Assembly (NCBI RefSeq): GCF_963921235.1
Contig: NC_086097.1
Coordinates: forward strand, 220,226,001 to 220,290,000
Source of the DNA: Mobula hypostoma
Lineage: Eukaryota
Length of the DNA stretch: 64,000 nucleotides
Reading direction: 5' to 3'
Positions 1 through 10,159 of this stretch are shown here, piece by piece; the stretch's first letter is position 1; each line of letters begins with the position of its first letter. The notes under the pieces are model-generated. The model did not search any database and was not told where the DNA came from. It saw nothing but the letters and a program-made list of their open reading frames with translations. The position numbers were made by a program, and so were the translations under genes.

Positions 1-480
1 TGCTTCAATTTGTTTCCTCATGTTACTAGATATTGTCCAACATTCTTATCCATATAACATAACTGGATAAACGTAACATTTCAGTACTCTGAGGCGGGTT
101 GTCATGCCTAGTTTAGTGTTGGTCATTATACTCTTCATTCTCGTAAAGGTGTCTTTTGCCATCCCTATTCTTCTTTTGATGTCCATGTCACACCTGCCAT
201 CTGATGTCACCCAGCTTCCAAAGTAGCAAAAGTTCTGTACTTGTTTTATGTCTTCCCCATTTATTCTCAGCCTGCAGATAGGATTCTCCTTCTTTTTGGA
301 TATCACCATACATTCTCTCTTTCTGCGATTGATAGGTAGACCCATTTTTTCACTTTCTTCAACAATTTTATTAATTGTTTTGTAGTTCTTCCTCCATACT
401 TGCAATTAACACAGTGTCATCCGCATATCTGAAACTATTGCTGTTTTCACCGCCAACTTCAATTCCAACTCTGATGCAGA
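1..480 (-). mobile_element. RTE-clade LINE, reverse transcriptase C-terminal fragment (pseudogenised, runs off the window)
   Basis: The minus strand reads FRYADDTVLIA near 405-435. ORF 46..405 (GLPINRRK..CMVI, FCYFGS, DIKRRIGMAK, LKCYVYPVMLYG) is typical RTE RT thumb; there is a frameshift between the two. Confidence 0.85.
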
Positions 481-1150
481 ATAAAATATTGAAGCCCTCT
501 GTTGGTCAGGGTTGATAATGGATTTTGCGTTCTAGTTGCCTACATGATTCGCAAGCCAGGGCAGTATGATACGGAGAACAAGCTGTTGCCCATGCAGCAG
601 GCTCCCCATCTCCACACAGCTGATGAATCCAAAGGAACGGCAGAGACCAACACACTGTGGCACCAGCGGCATCGCAGGAGTTACCAGTCAGAACGGTGGA
701 CTGCCTTCGGGACACCAGCTCCAGGTTTCTCCTTGGGGTTTACTCCTGAAGCCTTCCCCATGAATGGATATAACCACAAGGCGGTGGAAGTTTGAGATCA
801 GAGTTTTCCTTCTCTAGGTGAGCTGCCAACCATAGCTGATGAGCCCATCTGCACAAACCAACTGGTTTTAAGGCATGTAGATGTCTTTTCAGCATCATAG
901 GAAGTCATTCCTGCCTGGGGCCATCAAACTTTACAACTCTCCCTTGGAGGGTCAGACACCCTGAGCCAATAGGCTGGTCCTGGACTTATTTCCTGGCATA
1001 ATTTACATATTACTATTTAATTACTTATGATGCAACTGTAACAAAAACCAATTTCCCCTGAGATTAATAAAGTATGACTATGACTGCTACATAGCCCCCT
1101 TCCTCATAGGAGTGGAATAAATAGTCCGTGAGCAGGGTGGGTGGAATCAT
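481..1150 (-). mobile_element. Non-coding RTE-related non-autonomous element, split by a Rex1 3' fragment
   Basis: Contains GAGAAGGAAAACTCTGATCTCAAAC (minus), which resembles RTE 5'-UTR sequence, and a GTTGCCCATGC...CTCCCC.TCTCCAC block shared with the SINE body at 43737-43767. Confidence 0.5.
880..1088 (+). mobile_element. Rex1/Babar LINE 3' end
   Basis: Encodes RKSFLPGAIKLYNS (ORF C-terminus), followed by a 3' UTR ending AATAAAGTATGACTATGACT. Confidence 0.7.
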
Positions 1151-1771
1151 TGTTTAACTATTAAAACTTAAACAATTTTATTTAACTTGTTTAATAAAAT
1201 AACATTTTCCTTTGGTTATCAGAATATCATTTCTGGGAAATTATTTTCAATGTTGAATAGTTAGATGAATTGCAGTCATATGCTAGCTGGTCAAACCATC
1301 TCAACTGTTCAAGGAGAGATGGGATTGTGAGCTGCTGTGCCTGTGTATTTGAGATCTTACTGTACCACATGCTGTAATGCGTACACTGATGTTCAGTTGA
1401 GAGGCAGTGTGTTTGATAAAGGAAATTCTGTTCTTGATGTACCTCTGCAGCGGCATTATAGAAAGCCATTGGCAGCAGACTGGGTCTGAAACTTGACAGC
1501 AGCAGCTAAGTGATTTAGCACAATGAAACTGGCAATGGAGATCTCAGAAAAAGTGTGGAGAGAAGTCATGTAACTGGAAACCTAGAGATGTGGAAATCTG
1601 AAATAGAAACAGAAAATGCAGGAAATGAGACTATAAGACATGGGAGCAAAATTAGGCCATTCAGCCCATTGAGTCTTCTCTGCCAATGCTCAACAGGTCA
1701 GGCAACATCTCAGGTCAAAACCCCATCATCAGAGTGGGAAAGAAGGAGCCAAGTTAGATGTTACAAAGAAG

Positions 1772-2249
1772 CAGCTGATAATGGACAACCTTGTCTAGTT
1801 GACCTTTTTAACTGGAATGGTGTTGAAATTTGATTATTTGTCACTATTTTAGTGTTAGGATTAGTGTTTAAGGTTTTAATCCAGTTTATAAAAGGTACTC
1901 CTAACCCATATTTTTCTAATACTTTAAATAAAAAATCCCATTCCAATCTATCAAATGCTTTTTCTGCATCCAAGGCTACTACCATACTCATTTCCTCCCT
2001 TTTTTTGTGCCAAGTGAATTATACTGAGTAGCCGAGTTACATTATCTGCCGATTGTCTATTTTTAATAAACCCTGTTTGATCCATATGTATATCCAGGCA
2101 GTCTTTCTTTCTTTTCTTTTTTTCTTTTTCCTTCTTTTCTTTTAGGTAGGGGTATATATTGGGGGAGGGGTTAAGGGGAGGGGGGAAGGTAGATATTATT
2201 ATTCCATGTAACCAAGTTTGAAAACTCAATAAAAAATTTATTAAAAAAA
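1772..2249. mobile_element. L1-clade LINE insertion with inverted RT segment plus 3' UTR/poly(A)
   Basis: Minus 1772-~2095 encodes DQTGFIKNRQS..LDAEKAFDRLEW..RQGCPLS. Plus 2101-2249 has a G-rich tract, AATAAA and an A tail. A 16-bp TSD AGATGTTACAAAGAAG lies at 1756-1771 and 2250-2265. Confidence 0.9.
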
Positions 2250-2479
2250 AGATGTTACAAAGAAGATAGGAAGCTATATATAGGACAAAAAAAAATCTGC
2301 AGTAGGATGAGGTCAGGATAACATGGGAACAAGTGGTCCAGAGGTTAATAGTGGCAATGAGGAAGTGATCATAGAGATAAAAGAATGTTAAATGTCGTGA
2401 AATGCAAAGCTCTTGGACAAACCCAGCAGTTCAGGTTATGTTAACCGAGGGAGAAAATCTGACCCAATTTCATGGACAG

Positions 2480-3420
2480 ATGACTTCTAACAGATGTGGC
2501 CAGCTCTAATACAGCTGTGATCAAAGCCAATGGGCACATCTTGGCATCTATCCTGTTGTGCCCCCAAAGGATCAAATAGGTTTCAACAAGATCACCCCTA
2601 AATGCCAGAGAATACAGATCTTGATAGGACGACTCTCTCACCCCAGAATATAGCCAAATAAATCTCTTTTGATCTGTCTCCATTTCCAGCAGATACTGTA
2701 CTTCCTTAAATAAAAGGATCAAAACTCTCCACAATACTCCAAATGTGACCTCAATGGTAACCTGTACTATTGTAACAAAACTTCCTCATTCCTAAACTCT
2801 CATTTTCTTGCAATAATGACCAATGTGCTTCACCTGGCTTCTAACTTTTTATGATTCAATCATAAACCTAGACCCCTCTGTACTTTGCTCATCTGCAATC
2901 TTTTTCTTTGTCTCTTTCTGAGGTGCTTGACCTAACACTTTTCCACATTAAGCTCCATTTTCCAAATTTTCACCCATTCACTCAATCCATATTCTATTTC
3001 AGTGTCAAAATAGTTTCAAATGCCTTCTTACCTATTTTTATGTCATTAGCAAGTTTGGAAATATTGCATTCTGTGTCCTCCAGGGTAATACTGAATTATT
3101 ATAAAGTACTAAATATTAGAGTCAATAACTGATTATCAACACACACAAAATGCTGGTGGAAGGCAGAAGGCCAGGCAGCATTTTGTGTGTGTTGCTTGAA
3201 GTTTCGGCATCTGCAGATTTCCTTGTGTTTGCAAACTGATTATCAAGGCGCTTTGCTAGCTACATCCTTCCAACCTGAACAACTCCTGTTTAGTCCAGTT
3301 CTGCCTTCTATATTTTAACCAATTTTAAATCTATGATTATACTTCTTTCCCAATATCATGAGCTCTTATGCTACAATCTCTTTTGCAACCTTGTCAAATG
3401 CCTTCTGTAAATCCAAATGC
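2480..3420 (-). mobile_element. Degraded CR1 LINE ORF2 fragment
   Basis: Minus-strand remnants LDLQKAFDK (near 3390-3416) and AFRGDLVETY (ORF 2441..2734); many stops. Confidence 0.7.
3140..3233. mobile_element. Penelope-like-element-derived mini insertion with inverted repeat
   Basis: Matches the PLE terminal repeat at 34010-34065 and 38310-38358. 13-bp TSD AACTGATTATCAA at 3127-3139 and 3234-3246; 19-bp perfect inverted repeat. Confidence 0.75.
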
Positions 3421-3464
3421 ACTGGATGGTTCACTTCGGTTGATGCGGCCTTTACCTATTATAT

Positions 3465-3765
3465 TCATGGTCTTCTAACGCCGTGACCATCCACTTCAAG
3501 GTCTGACGTGTTGGGTGTACAGAGATGCTCTTCTGTTGTAATGAATAGTTATTGCCACCTTCCTATCTGTTTGAACTTGTATTGCCATTGTCCTCTGATC
3601 TTTCTCATCAACAAGTCATTTTTGTCCGCAGAACTGCCACTCACTGGACGGTTCCCATTTTTCGCACCATTCTCTGTAAACTCCAGAGACATATTGACCA
3701 TCATCCAACCATTGCATGATTTAATCCAATGAGTTGCAGCCAAATGATTGGATGATTAGCTTTGC
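3465..3765 (-). mobile_element. Tc1/mariner DNA transposon fragment (transposase N-terminal region)
   Basis: The minus strand gives SSEWQFCGQK*LVDEKDQRTMA, resembling the SSERQFCGRKCLVNERGQRRMARLV stretch of fish Tc1-like transposases. Confidence 0.65.
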
Positions 3766-5199
3766 AGGTTTACATAGCTTTTAAAACCAGAAAGAGTTAA
3801 GCAAGTTCGAATGGACTAAGTATTCTACAGGTGACTTCATGCAATAGCCTTGAAAATATTGATTAAGGAAAGACTAAACAGCCATCTCGCCTTGCACAAT
3901 ATATACTTTCTTGAACTTAGTTTAAAAAAGAAATATAGCAAATACAGCTTTGCAATTGAAACCAACAAAATTTTGCATATTATATTGATAATGAGGCTGG
4001 TTTGTCACTTGTGAACATCAAGAGGGAAACATTTCAACATACACACACAATAATGAGAGAGAAACTGTTCATTGAAATATGGTTGCTTTCACTTCAGAAT
4101 GCTACAAGGATTTATCAATGTGTAAGGTAGAATAAATTCAATAATGGAAGATTTCTTAAGAGAAATACAAATACACTGAATAAGATGTAAAATAGGCTTT
4201 TTTGCAGTAGTAATTACTAATAAGAAAATGCTCAGATAATGAGCTATTTCAGATGACCTCACTTTAAAGTGTGTAATTGGAAATATCTTACATAATGCAT
4301 AAACAGCGCAGATAGTCTCCTTGTTAATCAGTGAGAAATGTTGATGTTGTGTTGCCTGACTTACATAAATGAGAGGATTTGCCATTCCCAGATCTCTCAT
4401 TATATTGTACAGGAGAGCTTCATGACCAGATCATTAAGGGTTACCAAACTCGTTATAATCTACATGGCAGTAATCCGCTAATGCCCTGGGATTCATATTG
4501 AGGCACAATGTGTTTACAATAAAACAAGCCTGTTTCTTCCCTATTATTTATGGTAATTATTTATATGTTGCTGATGGTGGTCGTCATGGGATTGAATATT
4601 TGATACTCAGTTATATCACTGCTTGCAGGTATACAGAACTTTTGTTCAACCAATACGTCAAAAAATGATTATCTTTTTAATGTGATCTGTAGAAATGATT
4701 GCTTTAGTTTCAAATAAATTTTAGTTTCAAATTAAGTTAAATAACAAACTGTCTCAAACATGCTCAAAAGAACCTCTATCTTGTAATCTCTATAACTAGT
4801 ATACAACCCAAATTGAACATTATGCTTTGAAATTATTAAACAAATGTTGCCATTCATAAAAAAGATTAAAATGTATCCCCAGCGAAGCCTACTAAATAGC
4901 TGTAATTAGAATGAATTTCCAAGATAAGAGTAAAATGTATTAATGTACCATACAGCACATTCAACGCTACCAGCCACGGCTGTTACTTCATAATAGTTTA
5001 TATGTAATTACTGTGTGTGAAATTCAAGTTCCTATAGTGCAGGTGGCCTGTATTTTTGAAGCAGTCACAACATGTGAGAATAGAGGCACTATACTTTCAA
5101 TTGTTTGGTTCACTATCGTTATTTCCTTCCTTATTACATCTGCAAGCTTTTCTCCATTGTGATTCTACCCATACACTTGTGATCTGGCCAGGTCCTCAA

Positions 5200-5480
5200 G
5201 AGGGGAGGCATGGTGGCTTAGCAGTTAGTGCAACACTTTACTGCGAGATCAACGTTCAATTCCCACCACGTTCTCATCATGACCACATGGGTTTCATCCG
5301 AGTGTTCCTGTTTCCTCCCACGTTCCAAAGATGTATGGGTTAATGTTCGTGAGCTGCTGACAACTAACTGTGACAATACCTGGGGGGTGCCCAGCACAAT
5401 CCTCACTGATTTGATGTGACGCAAAACAAAGCATTTCATTGTATGTTTTGATATGGATGTGACAAATAAAGCTAATCTTT
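5200..5480 (+). mobile_element. tRNA-derived V-SINE
   Basis: A-box-like TGGTGGCTTAGCAG, B-box GTTCAATTCC, V-domain TTTCCTCCCACGTTCCAAAGA, tail AATAAAGCTAATCTT. Confidence 0.8.
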
Positions 5481-6061
5481 CCGTCTTTAAGGGTTTTTTT
5501 CCCATCATCTTGTCCCAGACAGAGGGATTGCTACTTTTTCTGTGATCTATAACTTTACCACTGAATTCAGGAATATATCCTTTAAAAATAGTTCTTTCAA
5601 GATGATTATAGCTGCTTTTCAAATGCTCTTCATCGGCTCAGAGCTGCATGTATGCTCAGGCAGTTGCTGGCATGAACTATCTCAGCATAGCTCCCACCTC
5701 CTGGTCCTCTTTCTGTAATTTTATAAACTGTTTTCAGGATTCATCAGAGCACACTCTCTAGATGTTCCACCAGCCTAGACTTGTCTATTTGAACAAAATG
5801 CTCCAGTATAGTCCTTGTATTCTTGCCAGCCGATGCACAAGGCATGGTAGCATAGTACACTGAACAATTGTGGTTATTATTTTGTGACCACCTTTACACA
5901 GCACCTTTGGTGCCTCAGCTGCTGAAGCCAACTTGTAAAAGAACCACACAGGCAAATATATGAAAATCTAACTCTTCAATTTTACTGTTGTATTTTCCAT
6001 TTTCATATTTTGATTTGAATATTTTATATTTAATTTTATATTTCTGTTTTTAATGTTTTGA

Positions 6062-7262
6062 TTTAGAGTCACAGAGCACAGAAACAGTTCCGTCAGCCTA
6101 TCTAGTCTGTGCCAAACCATTATTTCATTTAGTCCCATCAACCTGGACCTGGACCATAGCCTCCATACCCCTCCAATCCATGTAGAAACCATAGAAAAAC
6201 TACAGCACAGAAACAGGCCTTTTGGCCCTTCTTGGCTGTGCCAAACGATTTTCTGCCTAGTCCCACTGACCTGCAGACGGACCATATCCCTCCATACACC
6301 TCCCATCCATGTATCTGTCCAATTTATTCTTAAATGTTAAAAAAGAGCCCGCATTTACCACCTCGTCTGGCAGCTCATTCCATACTCCCACCACCCTGTG
6401 TGAAGAAGCCCCCCCTAATGTTCCCTTTAAACTTTTCCCCCCTCACCCTTAACCCATGTCCTCTGGTTTTTTTTCTCCCCTTGCCTCAGTGGAAAAAGCC
6501 TGCTTGCATTCACTCTACCTATACCCATCATAATTTTATGTACCTCTGTCAAATCTCCCCTCATTCTTCTACGCTCCAGGGAATAAGGTCCTAACCTATT
6601 CAACCTTTCTCGGTAACTGAGTTTCTCAAGTCCTGGCAACATCCTTGTAAACCTTCTCTGCACTCTTTCAACCTTATTTATATCCTTCCTGTAATTTGGT
6701 GACCAAAACTGAACACAATACTCCAGATTCGGCCTCACCAATGCCTTATACAACCTCATCATAACATTCCAGCTCTTATACTCAATACTTTGATTAATAA
6801 AGGGCAATGTACCAAAAGCTCTCTTTACGACCCTATCTACCTGTGACGCCACTTTTAGGGAATTTTGTATCTGTATTCCCAGATCCCTCTGTTCTACTGC
6901 ATTCCTCAGTGCCTTACCATTATCCCTGTATGTTCTACCTTGGTTTGTCCTTCCAATGTGCAATACCTCACACTTGTCAGTATTAAACTCCATCTGCCAT
7001 TTTTCAGCCCATTTTTCCAGCTGGTCCAAGTCCCTCTGTAGGCTCTGAAAACCTTCCTCACTGTCTACTACACCTCCAATCTTTTTGTACTTGTACTTAC
7101 CCAAACTTCTCTTAAATGTTGAAATCAAACCCGTATCCACCACTACCACTGGCAGCTCATTCCACTCTCTCACCAGTTTCTGAGTGAAGAAGTTCCCCTC
7201 ATGTTCCCCTTAAACATTTCACCTTTCACCTTTAACCTGTGACCTTAATTTCTAGTCCCACT
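6062..7262 (-). mobile_element. Older CR1 3' end split by a younger CR1
   Basis: 3' UTR at 6062-6183 resumes at about 7087-7262 (REWNELPVVVV..STFKR). Confidence 0.75.
6184..7086 (-). mobile_element. Young 5'-truncated CR1 LINE (RT C-terminus and 3' UTR)
   Basis: LQRDLDQLEKWAEKWQMEFN, LYKALVRPNLEYCVQFWSP, ERVQRRFTRM; TTCTATGG-type terminal repeat. Confidence 0.9.
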
Positions 7263-7549
7263 GGGGGGAAAAAAAAGCCACTGAAAATCAAAATATAAAA
7301 AGCAGAAAATAGTGGAAAAACTCAATAGGTCAGACAGCAGTTGTGGAAGGAGAAGACTGCTAATGACTTATTACTTGTTTTATATTTAACGTGCACCCAT
7401 ATCTCCAGCATGTGATGAGACACTGAGGAAACACCAGCCCATGATATTGTCTCCACTGCAGATGAAAACCAACATTGAAACTGCAAGTCTGTAGAAACAC
7501 TCAACAGGTCAGTACCATTTGCGGAGAAACACGGCAGTTAATAGGTTTA

Positions 7550-8035
7550 GAGTCCATCACGGGTAAAGCCCTCCCCACCATTGAGCACATCTATAAGGAG
7601 CACTGTCACAGGAAAGCAGCGTTCATCACCAAGGGCCTCCACCATCCAGTTCATGCTCTCGTCTCGCTGCTGCCATCAGGAAAAAAGTAGAGGAGCCTCA
7701 GGACCCTCCCCACCAGGTTCAGGAACAGTCATACCCCTCAGCCATCAGGCTCTTCATTCAGAGGAGATAACTTCATTCACCCCATCACCGAACTGTTCCC
7801 ACAACCTAGAGACTCACTTTCAAGAACTCTTCACAATATTTATTGTTTATTATTATTACCTTTTGTATCTGCACAGTTTGTTGTCTCTTGCACACTGGTT
7901 GTCTGTCTGTCCTGTGGGTGCAGTCCTTCATTTATTCTAACGTGTTCCTTGGATTTACTGTGTATGTCCGCCAGAAAATGAATCTCGGTACATGACAAGT
8001 ATGTACTTTGATAATAAATTTACTTTGAATTTTGG
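7550..8035 (+). mobile_element. Rex1/Babar LINE 3' fragment
   Basis: ALPTIEHIY..RKAAFI..HHPVHALVSLLPSGKK; tail AATAAATTTACTTTGAA. Confidence 0.8.
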
Positions 8036-8129
8036 ACTGTGCATTATCAGGCCCACCCTTTGTGCTAACTCTGGCATTGTTCCCATGGTCACACTTCTCT
8101 TGCAACCCCCCCACCCCATCACCCAGATC

Positions 8130-8425
8130 ATACCTTGTTCTCATTGTTACCATCAGGAAGGAGGTACAGAAGCCTAAAGATACACACTCAATGATTCAGG
8201 AATAGCTTCTTCCCCTCTGTCATCCAATTTCTGAATGGACATTCAACCCAGGAACACTAGCTTACTACTTTCTTTAATGTCTATTTTTGCACTACTTATT
8301 AAATGGAACTATTTAATATATACTTACTGCAATTCATCTTTCTTTGCTCTATTATTCATTGTACTGCTGCTGCACAGTCAATAGATTTCATGACATATGC
8401 CAGTGATATTAAACCTGGTTCTGAT
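8130..8425 (+). mobile_element. Rex1/Babar LINE 3' end (second subfamily)
   Basis: LLPSGRRYRSLKIHTQ*FRNSFFP; tail ATTAAACCTGGTTCTGA. Confidence 0.8.
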
Positions 8426-8429
8426 GTCT

Positions 8430-9680
8430 CGCTTCATTTGAGTTTGTCCCATTACCTTGCATTTGATCCATATCCCTCTTAGTCTGAACCTTTCATATCC
8501 ACTTGTCTAAATGCCTTTTAAATATTGTAATTGTATCTGCCTCTAGAGCTTACTCTAGCATCTCATTCTATATAACCACCATACTTTGTATGGAAAATGT
8601 TTCCCCTCAGGTCCTATCTAAATTTTTCCAACTCACCATATACCTACTGTATGTCCTCTAGTTTTAAACTCCCCTGCTGTACGAAAAAGACTGACCATTT
8701 AAGTTACCTTATGTGTGCCCCTCATGAGTTTATATTACCTCCATAAGGTGACCCCTAAACCTTTTGCATTTCGGGGATAAAAAGCCCCTCCTTATAACTC
8801 AAGCTCTCCAGTCCTGGTAACATTCTTTCTGCACCTCTTCTAGTTTAATCCCATTTTCCCCATGGCTGGACAACCAAAACTGTAAAATAACATCCCATCT
8901 CTTGTACTCAATGTCCTGACCAATGAAGGCAGGCTACCACAGTTAGAAAGGGTGAAGCAACTTTCTAATTATGAAGACACAGTTAGAAATCTTCGCCACC
9001 TTTTCTAACTGTGTCTCCACTCTCAGGGAACTATGTATTTGTATTTCAAATTCTGTACATTCTACAAAATTCTCCAAGGCTCTGCCATTTACCTTACAAG
9101 TCCTGCTCTGATTTAACTTAACCAAAATGCAATACTTCAACTTGTCTGGGTTAAATTCCATCTGCCATTTCTTGGCCCACTTTTCCAGTTGATCGAGATT
9201 CTGTTGTAATCTCTACTGTACAACAAATTTTGGCACCATCTGCAAACATACTCACCATGCCAACTACACTGTCATCCAGGTCATTAATATAGAAGTTGGT
9301 TAAAAAAAGAGAGGACCTATCACAAATCTCTGTAGCACAGCAACGGTCACAGTTCTGTGCTACCACCAAGCCGATTTTTGTATGCCATTGGTTAGCTTTT
9401 CCCTTGTGATCTAACCTTCTGGACTGACATATCTAGCATGCAGGATTTTGTAAAAGCCCTTGCTCAAGTCCATGTTGACAATTTCTACCACCCTACCTTC
9501 ATTAATCCTCTTAGCCACCTCTTCAAAAGAACAAACTCAATCAAATTTGTGAAGCACAATTTCCTACACAAAGCCACGTCAACCATTCCTAATCACTCTT
9601 TGTCTATCCAAATCCTGCCTCTCAGAATCCCCTCCTTTGAATTTAGGCTAACCAACCTACAATTCTCTGGCTTCTACTTG
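8430..9680 (-). mobile_element. Degraded CR1 LINE
   Basis: YINDLDD..MFADGAKI and MEFNPDK remnants (ORFs 9151..9369 and 8943..9161). Confidence 0.75.
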
Positions 9681-9768
9681 CACCCTTCTCAAATAAAGAC
9701 ACAAATAAACTGTAGGCCATCTCCCTTATTTTCTGTCTTGCTATTAATAGTCATCCTACAATTTGGAT

Positions 9769-10027
9769 GACCCGGCTGGTGGCGTAGTGGCATCAGTGCC
9801 AGACTTTGGGACAAAAGGTCCCCAGTACAAATCCAGCCGGCTCCCCTGCACGCTCTCCATCCGTGCTGGGTTACGAGCTGGTGATCTCTTTGGAAACTCA
9901 CCCGACAGAAGGCAATGGCAAACCACTGCTGAAACTTGCCTTGTACGCAGTTCCCCACTACCTCAGAAAGGCGTGGAGGAAAATCGTCCGCTAACCGAGA
10001 AACTCTGGATGTGACGTACCTTTCCTT
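9769..10027 (+). mobile_element. tRNA-headed SINE with RTE-like body
   Basis: A-box TGGCGTAGTGG; GAAGGCAATGGCAAACCACT motif typical of BovB/RTE-related repeats; TSD TACAA(T/C)TTGGAT at 9757-9768 and 10028-10039. Confidence 0.75.
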
Positions 10028-10159
10028 TACAACTTGGATATCACTCTCCAAAGTGATGAAACTAAATTAAAACCTTTTTTTATTTGCTCTTTTGTCCATC
10101 ACTAGCTCTCATTTCCAAGCACAAGCCAGGATTTACAAACAAGTGGCAGCCTACAAAAG

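Noticed and set aside
481..870. HDV-like ribozyme in RTE-related UTR sequence
   Set aside because: Some RTE elements carry one, but I could not trace the nested double pseudoknot by eye; it needs a descriptor search on the family consensus.
6427..7173. 248-aa ORF as a gene
   Set aside because: Chance in-frame fusion of an older CR1 3' end with a nested younger CR1.
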